Shown here: piece by piece, positions 23,088 through 27,874 of the stretch
Layout: each line of letters opens with the position of its first letter
Position numbering within the stretch: position 1 is the stretch's first letter
From: Gemmatimonadota bacterium
GTDB taxonomy: Bacteria > Gemmatimonadota > Gemmatimonadetes > Longimicrobiales > RSA9
DNA: 27,874 bases
Direction: 5' to 3'
Assembly (NCBI GenBank): GCA_040905425.1
Contig: JBBDRO010000053.1
Coordinates: 9,173-37,046, forward strand
Notes under the pieces: model-generated
What the model was told of the DNA's origin: nothing
The model's database searches: none
Seen by the model: the letters and a program-made list of their open reading frames with translations, nothing else
Position numbers and translations under genes: made by a program

Positions 23088-25331
23088 ATGAGCCAGGCGG
23101 ACGTGGCCCCGGCAGCTGCCGAGGTCGCCCCCGGGAAGGCTGGCGGCCTCGGCACGTTCGGCGGCGTGTTCACCCCCTCGATCCTCACGATCCTGGGCGT
23201 GATCATGTACCTGCGCTTCGGGTGGGTCGTGGGCAACCTCGGCCTCATCGGAACGCTCATCGTGGTCACGCTGGCCACGAGCATCACCTTCCTCACGGCG
23301 CTCTCCATCGCCGCCATCGCCACGGATCAGCGCGTCCGCATCGGCGGGGCGTACTACATGATCAGCCGATCCCTGGGCATCGAGACCGGCGGTGCGGTCG
23401 GGATCCCGCTCTTCCTGGCCCAGGGGCTGTCCGTAGCGCTGTACACGGTGGGATTCGCCGAGAGCGTGGCCAGGACCTATCCCACGCTGGATGAGCGGAC
23501 CGTCGGCATCGTCACGACCCTGGTCATCGCCGGGATTGCCCTCGTCTCCGCAAAGATCGCCATCCGATCCCAGTACATTATCCTCGTGGCGATCGCGCTG
23601 TCGCTGCTGTCCCTCCTCTTCGGACGACCCGTCGAGTCCACGGACATCGAGATGTGGGGTGCGGCAGATCGCCATTCGGAGGGGTTCTGGGTGGTTTTTG
23701 CCGTCTTCTTCCCCGCCGTGACCGGGATCATGGCCGGCGTGAACATGTCGGGGGACCTGGAGAACCCGGCCAAGTCCATCCCGCGCGGAACGTTCTGGGC
23801 GGTGGGCGTGGGCTACGTCATCTACATGACGCTGCCCGTGATCCTGGCGCTGCGCGCCGACGCGCTGACGCTGATCGAGGATCCGCTCATCATGCGGAGG
23901 ATGGCCCTGTGGGGTGATGCGATCCTCCTGGGCATCTGGGGTGCCACGCTGTCGAGCGCCATGGGCAGCATCCTGGGGGCGCCCCGGGTGCTCCAGGCGC
24001 TGGCCCGGGACGGCGTGCTGCCGCGATCGCTGAAGTGGCTCGGCAGGGGGAGCGGGAAAGAGGATCTCCCACGGGTGGGCACCCTGTTTACCCTGGGGAT
24101 CGCGCTCGCGGCCGTCTGGCTGGGTGACCTGAACATGATCGCCCCGATCCTTACCATGTTCTTTCTCACCACCTACGCGGTCCTGAACATGGCCGCGGGC
24201 GTGGAGGGCTTTCTGAAGAGCCCGTCGTTCCGGCCGCGGTTCAGAGTCCACTGGAGCCTCTCCATCCTCGGCGCCGCGGGCTGCGTATCGGTGATGTTCC
24301 TGATCAACCCGACCGCCACCCTGGCCGCGGCCCTGTTCGTGGGTGGCATCTTCATATGGCTGGAGCGGCGGAACCTGGAGGGGACGTGGGGGGATGTACG
24401 GCGCGGCCTCTGGATGGCCGTGACCCGGTTCGGCCTCCTCCGCCTGTCGAGCGGGCCTGATCCCAAGAGCTGGCGGCCCCACGTGCTCGTCCTCTCGGGC
24501 GCGCCCATGCGTCGCTGGCATCTCGTCGAGCTTGCCGCCGAGCTGGGCCATCACGGCAGCATCATGACCGTCGCGACCGTCCTGCCGTTGGCGCAGGTCT
24601 CGGCCGAGCGCCAGGCCGGCTTCGAGAAGCGGATCGGGGCCTACCTGCTACAGCGAGGCGTGCAGTCATTCGTCCGGGTGATCGGCGCGGACGACGCGTT
24701 CGCAGGGTCCCGGGAGCTCGTGAGGATGTACGGCCTGGGATCGCTTGTGCCGAACACCGTGATCCTGGGCAACAGCGCCCGCAAGGAGACGTTCCCCCAG
24801 TACTGCGCGATGGTCGATGCCTTTTATCGCGGCTCACGCAACGTCCTCATCGTGAAGGAGGACGAGGAACGCCCCTTCGGGGACCGGCGGCGGATCGACG
24901 TATGGTGGGGAGGGCTGAAGGGGAATGGCGGACTGATGATGATCCTGGCCTACCTCCTCCACACCAGCATTCGATGGCGCCAGGCGGAAATCCGCTTGAA
25001 GATGGTGGTCCCGGATGAGGCCGCCGCCGCCCGGGCGCACCGCAATCTCACCACCCTGGCCCAGCGAATCCGGACGAATGCCATTCCTGAGGTGCTGGTA
25101 GCAAACGGGCGCTCGTTCCCGGAGATACTCAACGCATCCTCCGCCGGTGCGGATCTGGTGTTCATGGGGATGGCGGAGCCGGCCGATCCGGCGGCGTTTA
25201 CGCGTTACTACGCCCGCCTCCAGGGCTGGATCGAGGAGCTCCCGACGGTGGTCCTGGTCCTCGCGGCGGAGGAAACGCCCTTCGATGAGGTCCTGGTGCA
25301 GAAGGACGTCACCATGCACCAGGGGAGCTGA
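23088..25331 (+). CDS. Cation-chloride cotransporter (CCC/SLC12 family, NKCC-like)
   Basis: LGTFGGVFTPSILTILGVIMYLR, GGAYYMISRSLG, FFPAVTGIMAG..SGDL..P.KSIP.GT, ATLSSA, SPSFRP, KSWRP, PNTVILG, IDVWW. TM domain plus SLC12-type C-terminal domain. Confidence 0.93.
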   Translation: MSQADVAPAAAEVAPGKAGGLGTFGGVFTPSILTILGVIMYLRFGWVVGNLGLIGTLIVVTLATSITFLTALSIAAIATDQRVRIGGAYYMISRSLGIETGGAVGIPLFLAQGLSVALYTVGFAESVARTYPTLDERTVGIVTTLVIAGIALVSAKIAIRSQYIILVAIALSLLSLLFGRPVESTDIEMWGAADRHSEGFWVVFAVFFPAVTGIMAGVNMSGDLENPAKSIPRGTFWAVGVGYVIYMTLPVILALRADALTLIEDPLIMRRMALWGDAILLGIWGATLSSAMGSILGAPRVLQALARDGVLPRSLKWLGRGSGKEDLPRVGTLFTLGIALAAVWLGDLNMIAPILTMFFLTTYAVLNMAAGVEGFLKSPSFRPRFRVHWSLSILGAAGCVSVMFLINPTATLAAALFVGGIFIWLERRNLEGTWGDVRRGLWMAVTRFGLLRLSSGPDPKSWRPHVLVLSGAPMRRWHLVELAAELGHHGSIMTVATVLPLAQVSAERQAGFEKRIGAYLLQRGVQSFVRVIGADDAFAGSRELVRMYGLGSLVPNTVILGNSARKETFPQYCAMVDAFYRGSRNVLIVKEDEERPFGDRRRIDVWWGGLKGNGGLMMILAYLLHTSIRWRQAEIRLKMVVPDEAAAARAHRNLTTLAQRIRTNAIPEVLVANGRSFPEILNASSAGADLVFMGMAEPADPAAFTRYYARLQGWIEELPTVVLVLAAEETPFDEVLVQKDVTMHQGS

Positions 25332-25423
25332 CGTCAGCCGGCACGTCGGCCGGCCCGCCGCCCCCCATAGCCCAGGCCACCAGTCCCGCCGGGCCGCGAG
25401 CCGGACGGCCCGACACCGTTAGG

Positions 25424-26200
25424 TCAAGCGAAGCCGGGCAACTGACGGATGGTGTCCGGTCGGAAGCCACTCGCGGGGCCGAGCGCCACGATATCGGGGT
25501 CGTGGCCCCAATCGTCCCGACCGCTGAGCCGTGCCACTTCGTGGCTCTCCACGATGTGAAACCCCTGCTCAGCCAGCGCCGCCAGCGACCGGCTACGGGC
25601 TTCATCTCCGTGGAGCGAGACGATGGCTACGCAGTGGGCGGGAAGGTGAGGCGCCCCTGCTTCGAGGATGTCCCCCTCCGATCCCTCCACGTCAATCTTC
25701 ACGACATCGGGTGGCGCCACACCCGCTTCGAGCAGGTCGGCAACGGTCGTGAGCTCGACGCGTTCCCCGCCACCCCCCACCCGGAAGGTCTGTGAGGAGC
25801 CGCTGCCGCCGAAGTGCACCACCCCGCGCGTGGCGCCGAGTCCCACGTTGCGGAGCTCCACGTTGCGCAGATCGTTCCAGGCCACGTGGCGGCGGAGAAA
25901 GGAAAAGTTGTAGGGAGAAGGCTCGAATGAGAAAACCCGCCCGCCGCTGCCGACCCGGCGACTGGCGAGCAGGGTAACGTAGCCATGATGCGCCCCCACA
26001 TCCCAGAAGCAGTCGCCCGGCGCCACGAGTGCCTGCAGGAGCTGCACGCGCTCCTCTTCGAAGCGTCCCCCAGCATGACGCCCCGCGGCTGCCATGCTCC
26101 AGCGGCTCCCGGCATTGGGGCCGGAGCGGATGCGGACGCGAACGGGGCCGAGCAGTCGGGACAACGCTCGCCGGACGGGAAAGGGCAGTCTCGTGGCCAT
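25424..26200 (-). CDS. FkbM-family SAM-dependent methyltransferase
   Basis: WDVGAHHGY, VFSFEP, PDVVKIDVEGSE. Start ATG 26200 with GAGGA RBS. Confidence 0.9.
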   Translation of the reverse strand: MATRLPFPVRRALSRLLGPVRVRIRSGPNAGSRWSMAAAGRHAGGRFEEERVQLLQALVAPGDCFWDVGAHHGYVTLLASRRVGSGGRVFSFEPSPYNFSFLRRHVAWNDLRNVELRNVGLGATRGVVHFGGSGSSQTFRVGGGGERVELTTVADLLEAGVAPPDVVKIDVEGSEGDILEAGAPHLPAHCVAIVSLHGDEARSRSLAALAEQGFHIVESHEVARLSGRDDWGHDPDIVALGPASGFRPDTIRQLPGFA

Positions 26201-26370
26201 GGAAAGATCCTCGAGCCGATTACGGTTCCTCGATGCGCTGACCGCCACCACGGCGGGCTCACGGCAGCACACACCGGCACCAACGTGGGGGCGGCGCGGT
26301 CCCGATTCAATACCGCGGGGTGGATCGTCGTCTCCGCCACCATCCCTCCGCCGGAACGACCACGGCATCG

Positions 26371-26399
26371 TTGACATGCCGGGACGGTTGGGTCATGCT
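26371..26399 (+). promoter_or_regulatory. Putative sigma70 promoter for the outer-membrane protein gene
   Basis: TTGACA (26371-26376), 17-bp spacer, CATGCT (26394-26399), about 50 bp upstream of ATG 26449. Confidence 0.5.
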
Positions 26400-26448
26400 C
26401 CGGCGGCCAGATCGACGCTCCACGAACCTCGCAGGCGGCCCAGGTACC

Positions 26449-27789
26449 ATGCTCCCACGCTCAGCAGCGTCCCCTCGGAAGACTCCCCTGGCGCCGGGAC
26501 GCCGCGCTCCGGTGGCCGCGTGTCTGGCGGTCCTGGCGTGGATGGGAGCCACCGCCCAGCCAGCCGCGTCGCAGGGCGTCGTTGAGAAGGAGACGATCGA
26601 ACGGCTGGCCGTCTTCCTCGATTGCGGCTTCTGCGACGAGACGTTCATCCGGCAGGAGATGACGTACGTCGATTACGTGCGCGACCGCGAGGTGGCCCAC
26701 GTCCACGTCCTGGTGACCCGGGAGAACACCGGCGCGGGCGGCCAGGCCCACACCTTCGACCTCATAGGCCGGGGCCCGTTCCAGGGGATGGACTACTCCA
26801 CGGTCTACACGACCAACGTGGGCGCCACGGAGGCGGTGCAGCGGATCGGGCTGCTCCGCACACTCCAGGCCACGCTCGCCCCGTACCTGCTGCAGACGGC
26901 CGTGGGGGAGCGCCTGACCGTCGGGGTGGAGCCCCTCGAGGGGGCAGAGACCGGACAGGCGGAGCCGCGCGACGATCCCTGGCACAACTGGACCGTCGAG
27001 GTCTACGCCGACGGCAGCTCGGACTTCGAGTCGCAGCAGAAGTCCTTCGACACGCGCTACGGCGTATACGTCAACCGGGTTACGGAGGCCTGGAAGATCC
27101 AGCTCCGGCCGTTCTTCAACTACAACTACGACCACTTCGAGCGCAACGACCGGACCATCACGAGCACGTCGCGACGGGACGGCTTCACGAGCTATGTAAT
27201 CCGAAGCCTCTCCCCGCACTGGTCCGTTGGTGCCTTCGGCGACGTCTTCACGTCGACGTTCGACAACGTGGACCTGCGCTACCGGCTCATGCCGGCCGTC
27301 GAGTACAGCCTGTACCCGTACCGGGAAGCCACGCGGCGCCAGCTGACGATTGCCTACCGCATCGGCGGCTCCCACATCACGTACCGGGACACGACGATCT
27401 ACGGCGAGACACAGCAGCTCCTGCCGGAGCAGACCCTGAGCGCCGGCTACCGCGTCAGACAGCCGTGGGGGCAGGCCGACGTCGGCGTCAACGCTTCACA
27501 GTACCTGCACGACCCTGATCGCTACAGCGTCCGTTTTGACGGCAGCGTCAACGTGCGTGTCACCCAGGGGCTGTCGATCGAAGTCGGTGGCCAGTTCGCG
27601 CTCATCCACAACCAGCTCAACCTGGCCAAAGGCGATGCCGACCTGGAGGAGGTCCTCCTGCGCCGCCGTCAGCTTGAGACCAACTACCGGGGCGGGCTCA
27701 ACTTCGGGTTGCGGTATCGCTTCGGCTCCATCTACAACAACGTGGTCAACACACGCTTCGGCGGAGGCGGCGGGCAGGATCGGTTCTGA
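26449..27789 (+). CDS. Hypothetical secreted protein, probable outer-membrane beta-barrel with N-terminal CxxC domain
   Basis: Signal-like segment (VAACLAVLAWMGATAQPAASQ), VFLDCGFCD, Tyr/Phe-rich amphipathic beta-strands after DDPWHNW, final strand FGLRYRF and terminal Phe. The ORF-track start (26320) is probably too far upstream. Confidence 0.8.
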   Translation: MLPRSAASPRKTPLAPGRRAPVAACLAVLAWMGATAQPAASQGVVEKETIERLAVFLDCGFCDETFIRQEMTYVDYVRDREVAHVHVLVTRENTGAGGQAHTFDLIGRGPFQGMDYSTVYTTNVGATEAVQRIGLLRTLQATLAPYLLQTAVGERLTVGVEPLEGAETGQAEPRDDPWHNWTVEVYADGSSDFESQQKSFDTRYGVYVNRVTEAWKIQLRPFFNYNYDHFERNDRTITSTSRRDGFTSYVIRSLSPHWSVGAFGDVFTSTFDNVDLRYRLMPAVEYSLYPYREATRRQLTIAYRIGGSHITYRDTTIYGETQQLLPEQTLSAGYRVRQPWGQADVGVNASQYLHDPDRYSVRFDGSVNVRVTQGLSIEVGGQFALIHNQLNLAKGDADLEEVLLRRRQLETNYRGGLNFGLRYRFGSIYNNVVNTRFGGGGGQDRF

Positions 27790-27801
27790 TCCGCCGGATC
27801 G

Positions 27802-27874
27802 CTACAGAGATCCCACGCCTCCCGCGTCATCCGCATCAGCCTGATCAGCGAAGGCGCCTCCATCCCGGGCCGGC
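27802..27874 (-). CDS. Possible 3' end of a convergent gene entering from the right edge
   Basis: Open frame ...PARDGGAFADQADADDAGGVGSL ends at TAG 27804-27802, close to the stop of the preceding gene. Too short to verify. Confidence 0.25.
   Translation of the reverse strand, partial: PARDGGAFADQADADDAGGVGSL

Noticed and set aside
22992..24554. 520-aa minus-strand ORF
   Set aside because: Antisense shadow of the CCC transporter.

Overview
High-GC bacterial window with about 20 protein-coding genes. Gene content and style suggest Gemmatimonadota, but that is an inference. I see no rRNA, tRNA, CRISPR, integrase or transposase. Left part (minus strand): membrane protein, an apparently internally deleted CoA-binding (YccU-like) protein, glutamate dehydrogenase, a 1063-aa PEP-synthase-N/ATP-grasp protein with a C-terminal nucleotidyltransferase-like domain, and a DUF1906-type lipoprotein that runs off the left edge and is absent from the ORF track. 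Next come a small membrane protein coupled to a P1B-2 (ZntA/CadA-type) ATPase and an orphan sodium:solute symporter. The centre (10.9-22.8 kb) is a signalling block. A TetR gene and two operator-like palindromes overlap two mirror-image sigma70-type promoters. These drive leftward tetR, a PAS-PAS hybrid kinase and a single-domain receiver, and rightward a CheB-CheR-coiled-coil-PAS kinase abutting an MlaE-MlaF-MlaD-PqiC transporter. A convergent RsbRD_N-type kinase closes the block. Right part: NKCC-like cation-chloride cotransporter, FkbM methyltransferase and a probable outer-membrane protein. The best candidates for undescribed systems are (i) the TetR-controlled kinase/MCE divergon and (ii) the GDH-linked dikinase-like/NTase protein. 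Family calls come from motifs recognised by eye; no searches were run.
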